Assembly: GCA_038496445.1 (NCBI GenBank)
Contig: JALMLS010000516.1
Coordinates: 376,002-440,001, forward strand
DNA length: 64,000 bases
Direction of reading: 5' to 3'
Source: Trichosphaerium sp. ATCC 40318
Lineage: Eukaryota; Protista; Tubulinea
In this document: positions 24,866 to 37,448 of the stretch, piece by piece
How the letters are laid out: each line of letters opens with the position of its first letter
Numbering within the stretch: the stretch's first letter is position 1
Position numbers and translations under genes: made by a program
The notes under the pieces: generated by a model
What the model was told of the DNA's origin: nothing
The model's database searches: none
What the model saw: only the letters and a program-made list of their open reading frames with translations

Positions 24866-27179
24866 CTACAGTGTAGAGCTGTTTCTGGTAGCTGGCCTTG
24901 TAGATCCTGTTGTGCCAGTGTAATGGCGGGATAGAATTAAAGTAGGAATCATGAGGGGTGTTACAGCAGTGATAGTGAGAGTTAAAACACCTGCTGCCAC
25001 AATGTAGAACTCTTGCAAATACTGCTTGTTTGGAATACCAATTAACAGACTCGCAAACAGTAGAGCTAGGCACACATTAGCAAAACCAGTTACATGGGTA
25101 CTGCGTGTGGGTAGGAACACGTACAAAATACCATGGAGTTGTAAATGGATAGATTCACATATTTCTGATCCACAGATTTAAAGTCTGACGCTACTTTGCG
25201 CACTGTGAAAGCAAGCCAGCCAAAAGCTATCAGTAATGCCATTTTGGTGGCGGCCGAGATGAATCCAAAGTATTTGTTAATGTCACAGACGTCATCAATC
25301 GTATCGAATCTAGTTATCAAGTCAGCCAACCGACAGCAAAAATAAGCAATGGTACCTTTCAGAGACTTGCTTTGAGAGGGGTACAGGAGGGGCGATGACT
25401 TGCCACAAGATCAAAAACACCACTTCAACAAGGGTGAAGCCAAGCACAATCTTGGCAAGTAAGCCATCGCGTATTGCAAAGACTTTGAGTGTTTGGTTGT
25501 TGAAGAGAACGGACAAACGCCAAATCTTAACAAGTGGTCCAATGTACGCCTGTGATAAGTGGTCAGTCACCACTCTAGAGAGGCGCAAATTTTATGTATA
25601 GCACGTACCAACATGAAACCAATGCTAATAACCCAAATCCTGAGTGCACAGGTTGTTGCAGTCGGTTTACCGATCCAAAAGAATATTGACGATACCATCA
25701 ATACGAATCCTGCAAGCGACAATACGCTAAACCAGAATCCAGCCTTCTTTTTTATCATCTTGGTTTCGCGAATGATGATAACCAAAATGAGAAGTGTGAT
25801 GATTGTAACTATGACCAATACAGCAATAAAAACTACGATAAAGACGCCAGCACGATCGAACTTTACCCACCGCTAAGGATAAAGATGTTAATAAAGCTGA
25901 CAATGCTAAACCTGTGCATACCTCAATTTTTGCACCTATTACATCACAGTTTTCGCCTTCCCAGCCAATTGAGCACATACAAACAGATGTATTTTCAATC
26001 GAGCGACACACACCGTTCTCTTGGTTGCAAGATTTCAAGCAGCGCTCCTCATCATTGTCAAAAGTGCCTAGCTGATCAAGTAGAGAAAAGACCTCTCTGT
26101 AGTTCAGCGGGTACGTCCATTTTTCATATTTGCCACTGATTGCGGCCGTACTATTGGACTTGATATCAAACAGCGCAGCTATCACTATTCTACACCAATA
26201 TAACAGTTAGGACTATGTTGCTGCAACAGCATAAAAAAAAAAAAGAAATAGTAGGTTGTACCGAATATCTATGTCATCTTCAGCGGATTGGCTAGCTGCA
26301 AAAGGCCACTCTGGGTAGAGCCTGGTGGTGTGCGGAAAAGGAAAACCATCCAAATTTTGTGAATTGAATACACTGACACGGCCGTATGCTGGCAAGTAGT
26401 CGGGATTGCTTGCAACGAAGCGCTCCAGCAAGTCCGTACGCACAAAACCAACATCGGCCACACCATCAAGGACGTTCTTGGCTATTAGGTTTTGGTTGTA
26501 CACAAACGTAATATTGAGGGCATCTACATCAACGCCATTATCTAGTAGGTATCCAATTTGCATTTGGTATGCGCCTAGACCATCTGGACTGACGGCGTGT
26601 ATAGTTGCTGATTGTAGATGCTCCAAGGTTGTAATGTTGTTCTCCTCCATGGTCATTATCACGCCTCCAAACTGAGTGAGTGCGTGGCCTTGGCGAAGAT
26701 TCACAAGGGTGGCGACACGCGACAACGAGTGCTTGATCTGTGAAAAACAAACGTTTTTTAGCGTCATGGTCAATGTATCTCAAAAAGAATGTGCAGGTAA
26801 CGGCCTTGCGCTAACTTACCTCCATCTGCATGTAGTGGCTTGGGTTCGTAATAACAAAGTCGACAATGCCTTCACCTACTGCATTGTCCAAATCATCCCA
26901 ACCAAGCGCCGCAATAGAGAAAGTATGTGCCACTCCAAAAAATTGTGCAGAAACATCTTGCAAATACTCCGCTGTTGCTGCCCATTGCGCTATAGTGTCG
27001 TCTACACCTCTTATAGCTAAGACTCCTAAAAAAGACAAGAATTATGAGCAGGTTTTTACATATTTTACAATGATGCGCATACCTATTGTAAAATGCTGAG
27101 GCGTCGTTTGAAAGCACTGCGATCCAAAAATACACAAACACACCAGCAGCCCCGTAAACAACGCATTACCTCCGTACAT
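24866..27179 (-). CDS. Class C (family 3)-like 7TM receptor with signal peptide, TtrS/PhnD-type solute-binding ectodomain and EGF-like module
   Basis: Signal MYGGNALFTGLLVCLCIFG; FTIGVLAIRG...VDFVITNP...FVRTDLLE...TRLYPEWPFAA; EGF CNQENGVC...CMCSIGWEGENC; seven hydrophobic helices with CALRIW, LVKIWRL and SIYN. Confidence 0.88.
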
Positions 27180-27635
27180 AGCCCTATACAAAACTGCTGT
27201 GGGCTTCGTTGTTAGAGGTAAATTTAGGATTCGTCACGAATAAAATTGACAACGCGCTGCTTAACTTGTAAATATTATTGTCCAGAGATACGCAGTGGCG
27301 TAAAAGAGGAAGGGCGCACAAACGACCTGCATTTAGACATAGAAATTACAATTTTCAACAAAAACTGGTAGGTAGTGATTGCCCGAAAATTGAGCCTGTT
27401 GGTACATACACTCGAAAGATTTCAAACAAGACGAAAAAAATGTCGTCATTATTTCTGGTAAGGAGAGGCGGTCTCCGTGTCCAAACAAATTATAAATCAA
27501 CGAAACACATTAAACAAAATGTCGTTATTCAGAGTGGTAACGATATTATTTTGTACAGCTGTAGGTACGATAAATGGACGACAACGCAGGTTCGTGCCAT
27601 CGCAACTTCGAAAAATGATTGAACATACAGTTTAC

Positions 27636-28151
27636 TTAGCTTCTTGGTCTGTATCTGCGTGGAGGTTCACGGTTTCTACGACCCTGGGATAGTGTGAGTA
27701 GTGTACATAAAAAAAACGATGGCGAATATAAGCGTTTTGGCATGTAGAGCACATAACACCATAATTGCGGACAATTACGTACGTCTCGGGATCTTACGCG
27801 CACAGTACGTGAGTGGCAAGCGCAAGAAACACAGTATTGCATCTTAGCGTACATCTTTGGGATAACGTAGTCTACAAAGGTGTTGGTGTTTGTTGTTTAT
27901 GTGAGGTTGTTGCTAAGGAAAACGTACCAGTTACAACGCTTTGATCAATAATATCCTTCAAGGATGAAGTTTCTACCATGTTACGGACAATGAAGCGCTT
28001 GATGGCTTTATCCTACACAAAATCAGCCGCGTTGGGTTGAAGACTACGCTACCTTTTGAACAACACGGGTGCAGCTATCGCAGCGAACAGTGTTAGTGTG
28101 TCCTCGGCTTCTGCCCTTGTTACGGCCTCGATTTCTTCTTTTAACAGGCAT
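27636..28151 (-). CDS. RPS26: 40S ribosomal protein S26 (eS26)
   Basis: [18 protein letters not shown]...[39 protein letters not shown]. Confidence 0.97.
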
Positions 28152-28467
28152 TCTAAGTTTTATTAGTGGATTCTGCTTGTAAATTATGTTATAGCCAACG
28201 CGGTAAGCTTTGTTACAAATAAACGCGACAAATAAAAACAAGAGAAAGCGACATATAACGACTGTCGAGAACTACTCTACGCAGTCCAGCATTAAAATAG
28301 TACGTACCTGAAGTAAAGTTAAATTGGTAAAGCGGATTGGTTTGCAAATTACTTGAGAAAAAAAAGGAAAAATGAGTCGTAAGCTCGGTCAAGTAGGGTC
28401 ATTGGCTGATTTTCAACGTCAAGTCTTTATTGTTCTTATGCACAAGTAATTACGTTTAGCTGGCCTT

Positions 28468-30463
28468 ATGTTATTCAACGACACGCACAAACTTGAAAAA
28501 CAGAAGTGGGTGTCAGGTACGCGTAAGTAAGCATTAAAAAATGGTAATTGTTTGCAGGTCACAATGGGTGTTCTTTGGAACTGGTACGCTAGCGCTATTA
28601 AACGTTTAAAATTGGCCGTGTTAATAAGTTACACGTAGGTGTTATGTTGTGTATTTACACTTGTTGCAATTCCTGCATTGCTACGTAGGCAAATAATATG
28701 GTATGTGCGTCTTAACGGTTTTAAGAATTACATGTGACGTCTGATCAATTTAGGCGTTTCAGCGTGTACAAATTGCCTCTGGGCAAGACGTTACTCGAAA
28801 TAGGGTGTATTGCTGTGCCTGCAATGTTGGCTACAACCGAATATTGCTTACCTCTAAGTGTTGTGGTGTGTCTCGTGTCATTTGTTATATGGCTAGGAAA
28901 GTGCGTTTAAACGATAGACACATTTTGTTGAAGCTTTTTGCGTTGTAGGAGAGCTGACGCGGATGCCTTTGGACGTCAAACCCACTTGAATCGCTTGAAT
29001 AAACCTCGAAGGCCATACATAGAGCACAGGCGCAGTATTATAACGATAGGCACTTGCTTTTCAATATTGGCAGTGGATTTTGTTGTTTTCCCTCGCAAGT
29101 ATGCCAAGACCGAAAACAGAGGCGTCTCTATCATGGACATGGGGTGCAGTTTAGGCGTCTCAAATACTTGCTTTATTAACAAGTCACGTGTTTAGAGTGG
29201 GCTTGTATGTCTACGGGTCGGCTATGGTGTCGCAAATCGCAAGGGGAAAGCAACCACAGACAATGTGCGCACTTGTCTCTGGTCATCCGTGACACACCTC
29301 TTTATAAGAGTTTAGGGTAAAAGCTTTGCAAGGATCAGCGAAAGGATCCATACCTCTTCTAGTATTTGGCATTGTTAGATTCTTTATGGTGAAACTATCA
29401 AATTACCAGGTAACCCCCTCACAGAATACATTTTTTTTTTTTCGTAACTAGATTCAATTAGGAACACGTTACAGAATACGGCGTGCACTGGAACTTTTTC
29501 TTCACGCTTGCTGTTCTGATAGTCATCGCCTCTGCTATTGCAGTGTATATCCCACCAGGTGGTACTTTATACTGTGGCATGGCTGGTGTGGTGGTAGCGG
29601 TACTGTATCAATGTGCCTTGAGCAACCTGGGATTGGAACACTTTATAGAAAATGACAACCGGTGCGGCAACACTCCATTTAAACTGCGTAGTAGAGCGCT
29701 AAAGAGTGTGCTAGGAGCAACATTATAGCTCAAAACAAAGAAGGGATATTCAGTTTGTTTGGCTACTTGGGATTGTACCTCATAGGTACAGTAAATTTGC
29801 AAGCAGATAAAATCAGTTTTCTCTTCATCGGTTTGCGCTTGAGTTAACCCAGTAAGAAACTGCATTGTTAACTATAAATATAGGGTCAGCTATTGGATCA
29901 GTGGTGTTGCAAGGAGATAAGAAATATAGGCAATGGTGGCAAACGGCAATTGGGTTGAGCATTGCTACTGGTACCGTTCCTCCTACATGTAAAAATATGA
30001 TCTAAAAAGCACGTATACATAGGTGCGTTGATGCTGTCTCGACCAGTTTTACAGCAATTATTTGGCCAACCATCGCGTAAGATGATGAACTTTCCATTTG
30101 TTGTCGATTGTCTCATTGTCAACCTATTTGTAGACGCCGTCAGTTTGTCTATTGGTACGTACTGAGACAAGCCAGCACATTTATCTGATTTAACTCTTAT
30201 GTGCAGATTTGTTCTTCCCTTGCAAATCGAATAACACATGCGTTCAAGTGCTTGGGCAGTCAACAGACACGCTTATTGTTTCCAACCAACTTGTTGTTTT
30301 CCTAGTTGCAAATTTAGTGACAGGCGCAGTCAATGCAAGCATCAACACCCTGGTCGCGAGCTCAGTTACTAGTTACGTGATACTTGGTGTTTATACGTTG
30401 TTCTTATTGGGTTTTCCTTTGATATTGCTGCAAAACAAAAACACAAAGCGGAAGCAACATTAA
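28468..30463 (+). CDS. PIGW: GPI inositol acyltransferase PIG-W/GWT1
   Basis: ILAVDFVVFPRKYAKTE-GVSIMDMGVG, YQEHVTEYGVHWNFFFTLA, QNKEG, SRKMMN, NQLVVFLVANLVTGAVN. Confidence 0.93.
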
Positions 30464-30653
30464 ATGGACGCCTTTGTAGCCACTTATTTTTGATGGACAC
30501 AAACAAATTTTGCACGTGATGATCAGCAAACTACGTAAACGTCATTTATTTGTTGTTGAACAATAAGACAACTTTCCTTGTATTACTAATTATTGCCTCC
30601 CGTTTTGACCTTTTGCTAAAATTTATCATTTTACCTGAAAATCGACATAAATA

Positions 30654-33600
30654 ATGGCGTTACCCAGCACGAGAGATAGGCTCTCTACCCTTACTACGCC
30701 ACGTCCTAGATCGGCCACTGGATCCCACAATGACGTGCTCGTAAGCTTGATGCAAAGGAATCAACGCTTTTGTTAACAGTTTTACCAGATGTTGGATATT
30801 CGTCGCCTACTACAACGTCTACGCTCCCCACTGGCTGGGTTGAAGGCAATGGATCGAAATGTTGATTTTAAAAAGTATAAGCAGTGTTTCGTTGGTAAGG
30901 ACCTCGTTGAGTGGGTACAAAGGGAGCTAGAGTTCCAAGAGCGCGAAGAGGCACGAGAATGGTGTCAAGTATTTTTAAAAGACAAAGGAGTATTAGAGGT
31001 ATGCGTGTCATGGCGTATCAGGCATTTGTAGAACGGTTGACGTGTTAACCAAACATACAGGCTGTAAATCAAAAGGCCACAAGCTCGAGTGAACTTCTCG
31101 ACGACTCTGAAGCGTTTTACGTGTTTGTAGACAACGAAAAGACGGACAAAAAGAAAAAAAAGCTTTCTTCCAAGACACCCGCCAAACATCAGAATTCAGA
31201 TGCCATGTCTAACACCATGCGAATGATGGAGATTACAAACCTCAAGGAAATGTTAGAGGAACAGCTGTTCAAGCAGCAAAAAGAGACACTAAAAATTGTT
31301 ACCCGTTTTGTTAAGCGTATCAAAGTACCCGCAACACGAAGGAAAACAAAGGCTCCACAGGTAGGAATTCCATCTGATTTTTTTTAACCTCATATCTCAC
31401 ATGCCTTTTGATTTACACCTACTGCACGTGTAGGTTGAATTACTTTGTATTGGTGTCAGGCTAAACAGATTGCGCATACATCGAGTCAAGTACGAACAAG
31501 GCAACGGCACGTTTAGGATACGGCAAACATGGCCAGCAGAGGACTTGAACATGGTGGATATAGACGAGGACTCAGTGCGTAACACATGGTCGTACCAAGT
31601 GCTTAATCGTCTCACTTTTACAAAAAGGAAACAGGGTTTATATTGGGTTTCGATAAACCTAACGTCTTCGATGCTTTGAGCGGCCGCGATCGCAACCAGC
31701 TTCTATATAGATTGTTGCAGTCGTATCAAGCATATCACGGCACTTTGCCACAGACCAACCTGGATATCCTTCAGTTGAAACTGATGCTTGGAGACAGCAC
31801 AACAACTGATATTATGAGCCCTGAAATTGAAAAGCAGTTGGAAGATTTGCTTAACAGTGCACAGAGGAGCGCTCACGACATTAACGCGTTCACTGATCAC
31901 TTGACAAACCAGCTACAAGTACTTGAGAAAAAGAATGTGGAGGATCTGATAAACGCTCACCAAGACATCAACAAGATCATGAAGCAACTCAAAAAGACCA
32001 AGAGGTCACTCAATTCGTGCAAATCCATGCTTACAAAAGACAGTCAAATGCTTACTGTAAGTCATTTCTTAGGACACTATCTTTTTTTTTTTTGTTCAAC
32101 ATGTAATTTTAACGTTTGGGTGTAGAGCATTTCGAAGGATGTGACTCAGATAGAAATGAGAAATAGTAAGATGAAAATCGTTACACAAAATCATCAAGAG
32201 CTATACAAAGAACTATCTGACCTTATTGTACGCACGCTTATTGGTTAACGATACTACTGGCCTGTAGTTATTATTAACGTAAAGGGTGACTGACATTCTT
32301 TGATAGGAGCAGATCGAACTGGATGATACAGTGCTCACAACACTGCAAAAAGGTTCATTGTCAAAACCCGACGGCATTGCCCGCGTTATAGTTGCAGCAG
32401 AAGCGCTTGTGAGGTCTCTGAAGGCGCCGTTGAAACCTGGATACGATAAGTTATTGGCAGTAATGCACGTCTTTTGAAACTAAATGTTTGATGGTTGCAA
32501 TTAACGGCTTATTGTTAGGGAGCAACGGAAAGACTTTAAACGAATCAGGACACTGTTTTCTATGCGGTTTTGTGAATTCATTGACGTACTATTTCTAGAC
32601 TTGACAAAGAAAGTGTTGCAGTTAAAGAAACCTCTTTATGCACTTCAAAACCACAAGTACTTGTCCCAAATGTTAAAAGTTGGCGTTGCAGCTAATACTA
32701 TGTGGCTCTAGATCACTTGTACTCGGTCATCTTCGCATATACATTCCGCTAGTACACTGGATGAAAGACATCTTTAAAGAAACAGGACAAAAGGCCTCAA
32801 ACACGGGAGATGTGTCTGAACTGCCTGTTTATCAAAAAATATATAACGTACGTCGTATTACTCGCTGGTTTTTTTATTTTAGGGATTGGTTATTTTAATA
32901 TTTTTACCTACAGAGCTACTTGGAAAAGGTAGCCGCACTGTACGCCAAAAATCTACAATACTACTTTAAATCTTCTCGACGCCGCATCCTCCATGAGCGT
33001 GGGCGTAGAGGTGCGCACTTGTTACTACACTAGATGAGATGTGGTAAACGTTTCCCCTAATGCGTGGCTTTAGTTACTTTTAATCATGAGAATGTTTTGA
33101 GAAAAGGACATGAGGCGTCTGCAGCATTGAAGCGCAATGTAAAAAATATCAACCGAAACATTAACTTTACGAACGCCAAGAAATTCTTACACAGCAATCC
33201 ACGGGGTGGTGGCGGCGTTAAAGCGTTTGATGACGATATTGACATGCTCGATGACTCTGAAGAAGAGTCGCTTGAAATGACAGAAACCAACATGGAAGGT
33301 TCTGATGAGGAGATACTCGATGGTGTATTTACGGACGGTCTCAAAATCACTATATCAAATGCGTACGCGGAAGCGTACAGAATAGTGCTGCCGATAATTT
33401 TGGATGAGCAACAGTTCATACAAGACTTCTTTAGGCTCAACGACGAGTACGGACATTTTGTCTTCTCTTTTGTTCGGCACTAATGTAAACGCAGTGAGGC
33501 TACTGCGTTCTTAAAGACGCTGTTTGACAGTGAACACGAAAAAGAACAGCAAGAAGAGGAAGTCAAAGAAAAGGCTAAGGGACCTAAAGGGTTTCGTACA

Positions 33601-34912
33601 GAAATGAGTAATCTCATGCACAAAGCATACAAATTTGATCCATAGTGCGTCTTTGTTATTCATCTTGACTACGATTTATCAAAACTAATCACGAGGTCTA
33701 TAGTAACTGTGTCACACTCATTGTTGAGACAAGAACGGCGCTTAATAAGTATAAAGATAAGAGCACATTTATCTGTGGTCTATTGGAGGATGGTCAAACT
33801 CAGCTGAGCGACATGTTCAACGTTTTCATTGAGAAGCAGAAGAAACACATAGATTCAACGCATTTGCGGCCCAAAGTTGTTGGCATTACCCACCACGTTC
33901 GCAAATATCCAGTACGTCCGTTTTTTTAAAAAGAAAGTTGTGTCTCGTGCTAATCTCTCGGTGTGTTCAAACAGGAATTTGTCAAGAAGATGGAGGAGAC
34001 AGGCGGTGGTGATCATCCAATAATGGAGGCCACTTATGACGCAATCACCAAGACCCTATTTTCGTGGATTAGGCAACTGCATCAGTCTGATAGTTATGCA
34101 AATGAAGTCATTCGATTTGGTACTGCTTCCGTTTTATACAATGTTTAGAAATTTTTTGAGCGTTTAGCCAATTACTTTTGTTCTTTGTGCTCGTTGCCCC
34201 GTTCTAAATCAAGTTCTACCCCTTGTAGAAAACTTTCACTATTTTTACAAAACAATGTCGGCATCGTTTGGCAATATAGACTTTATAAAACGCCACGTTG
34301 CGCTAGCAAAGAAGGAATATCAACAAAGCATGGAAAACTACGTTCATCTTCTTGTTCACAAACGGTGGCAGCCTTTGATGGACTTTTTCGACAAGGTCGA
34401 CGATCTCCTCACCACTGTAAAGCCGGAAAATATACAATTTCAAACGAGCCAAGGGTTGACAAATGCACAATTGACAAAGCTCATTCACAAAAACACTTTA
34501 GAATTGGTACGTTAACCCTATTTTTTTTTTTTGCACTCGGTCCGTTTTCTGATGAATTCTCTACTAGTTTGAAGAGGGCCTCTACAAAGAATACAAGCGT
34601 ATTCGACGGGGTTTGTCTGATGAGGAAGGACTGATACCGCAGATTTGGAGCATGTTAAAGGTATAAAACTAATTACCACAATTTTTTGTGCCTAACTATT
34701 TGAACAAGGCATACCTATTGCAAAAGTACACGCACATTGAATTGTTAACTACCAAGTGTTACAAAAGTCAGACGTTGAACTTTACTTCGGACCAACTGAA
34801 AGCTCTTTATGCTTCGGTACAGAGCAAGTATGAGTCCAAGCTCTCAAAGAGAGGGAACAGAAAGGAAGATACGGAGTTTGACGATTTAGACACACTGGAA
34901 GGGTCTAGTTAA
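30654..34912 (+). CDS. EXOC1: Exocyst component Sec3/EXOC1 with N-terminal DEP domain
   Basis: DEP: KKYKQCFVGKDLVEWV...REEAREWCQVFL; Sec3 PH-like IHRVK...FRIRQTWPAEDL; coil LTNQLQVLEKKNVEDLI, IEMRNSKMKIVTQNHQEL; EQQFIQDFF; helical C-terminus. Confidence 0.82.
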
Positions 34913-35133
34913 CCGGTCTAGCTCTATCTATGACAGCACTCCGGTTTTCAACAAATTACCAAAATGAAAATTGCACGTGATTTAATGGAATATTTGTAGA
35001 TTAAAGACTTTGTTTTTTGTGGATTGTTTCTTATTTGTACAGTGGCGCCAGTGTCGGTCGATTATGATTAAATTAGTGTTACGGGTATGGTTTCTAAGGT
35101 TTCTAGAAGTTTTTTTTTTTGTGTTGTACTGTG

Positions 35134-37117
35134 TTAGGTGTTTTTCGGTTCCTCCTCGATAGACAGATTCAAAGCTGTCCGCGTGAGGCTTGCAAAGTTT
35201 TTCGCATAGTGGTGCGTCTTCTTTTTCTTTTGTTGCGATAAAAAGTCTATAATGCCAAATGAACAAATCACCGCCTTGCCACTACCTTCTTTCTTCACTG
35301 CAGATACATTTTTCCACGGTTGTTCGTGGACTTTTGAAGCATTTTTTATATTTTTTAGAGTTTGTGAGTGTTTGCGTTTGATCTTTGTGCATTGCTTTGA
35401 ATTCAGTTTGGGGATACTTCGGCTTGATGATTCTACAAAAAATAACATGCCTGATCCTCGCCGTGAAAAGTCCGAGTCACTGGTGGACTGCTGAATTTTG
35501 TTTCCGCCTTGAGCATCGCTGCTCTTTAGCGCAATCATGAATGCATAATCGTCAATTTGGTTGTCGATTAGGAACTATCATTAAACGAGTTAGATGACAC
35601 TGTCTTAGATACAAAAAAAAGGGTGCACGTACCTGTGTATCGCTGTGCATTTGTTTCAGAAATTGATCACGCGCATCGCCGTCTGCTAAGTCTACAAGGC
35701 AGCCTGACACGTTTTTTGGTGTAACTGCACTGAACTTTGGTGATCCTTTGTCACTTGGTGTATTACAGGCTGTTGGCCAGTTGCTGTTATAAGGTAAATT
35801 ACTAAATGCTGGCCACGATTGCGACGCCTGTTAAGTAACCTCGTTAGAACAAATTGGCTTTTGTTGAATAATTGTTGCCCAGGAGTGGCAGGTTGTTGTG
35901 TAAAGTACCTTGAGAAAGTATAGATCGGAAATGTTTCCGTGCAATCTATTCTGAGTGACTATCAAGTATTTCTTGGTGGTAGACGTGGCGCCGTGTCTCC
36001 TCTTTAATTCGTAAAAACCAAGGATCTTTGTCAATAAAGCGTTTGGATGTAGTATTATGTGCTATACAAGAAGTGGCATTAGTACACACGTGACTGTGTC
36101 ATTTGGCGAGAGTTGCGCACCTCATAGTATGGTACTAAAACGTTTAACAGAATTTTTCCTTGTGAAGGTTTGATCGTTTGCAGCACGTACTTTCCATTTT
36201 TGGAGAAGATAAACTTTGTGTGGTCCTTGGCACCGCCCAGCTTGTTAAACGTGCGTGCAGACCATTCTTCCTACACACCATTGGCACAGAAAAAAAAAAA
36301 AAAAAAAAAAGAAGCAAAAATGGCAAGCAATGATAATAATAGATCACAACTTCAAACGTACGAGAAAGTCGTGGTCATCTATCTGTGCCCGTTGTCTTAT
36401 GTGTCTAAACACTTTTGGTGCATGGTTGGTAACAGTTGAGCTCTTATCGTCCCCAGTTCTGGACAAATTGTAAGCTTGTGTAATTGGTTGGAAAAATCTG
36501 GAAGCATTTTTGCACACTTGTTTGTACTTACTTTGATATCTTGTAAATGCGCTTGTCCAGAAAATGATTGATATCTGGGCTTGACGATTCCTCATTATCC
36601 TCGCTGTTCATTTCATTGACAATCTGCAGATAAAGAAACGAGGGTAAGTGACTGTGGGTGTGCCATGTAATAAGGCCAAGTATACATAGTGTGTACTGCA
36701 TTGCGTACCGACGTGCGCAAGGCAAGGATGGCGTCTACTACTTTTTGTTCCAGGTCCGTGGTTGATATGGACGTGGCGCTTGCTACCCCAGGCTAAATCG
36801 CAAGTTACATTTAAGGTTGACACTAAAAAAATGTCTCAAACCTTTCTCAGACTGCTTTTTAGTGGTCGGCTTGGACTATCTAGCGGAGTTGACGCAGTAA
36901 GTGAATCAGTAGTGTCCATTTCAGCTTTTGTGTGCTGCGTTTGGATGGAATCAGTGTTGGCCTTTGACCCTGTTGAGCATGAATTCGAGTCTGAACTTGC
37001 AATTAATGCGTCAGGAGTCTTTTTTCTTCTCTTAGCATTGCTTGAAGCTCTTTGTTTCGGTTTTGATTTAGCGTGCAGTTGTTGGTCGGATGGGGGCACA
37101 TCTGTGCGCGTTGTCAT
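35134..37117 (-). CDS. Divergent phosphatidylinositol-phosphate kinase (PIPK)-domain protein, probable pseudokinase
   Basis: FIFSKNGKYVLQTI, HPNALLTKILGFY, DLYFLK, DTQFLIDNQIDDYAFMI, SFGIIDFL, HHYAKNF follow PIPK block order. Confidence 0.72.
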
Positions 37118-37448
37118 ACAGTCCGCGCCTAGTTTGGGTTTGTACGAAAACACCGCAAAATATAAAATATAGGTAGTTCTAGAGCTCTCTAACTAAAATA
37201 CGTTCATAACGCTCGCAAAAGTGAGGATTTTATTGAACAATTGACTTACTCATACACCGTTCGATCAGACGCGCGGAGTGTATTGCACCTCCATCAAATG
37301 TCACGTTATGGGTTAGAGAAAAAAGTTGAAATTTCTCTTTAAGTTGCGCCTGCTCTAACTGTAATTTGTAACGCTTTTTTGTTTTAGACTGGTAGTTTGC
37401 ATTGGCGTACTTGTAATAACAAGTTACACGCAAAGCGTGGCTAAAATC

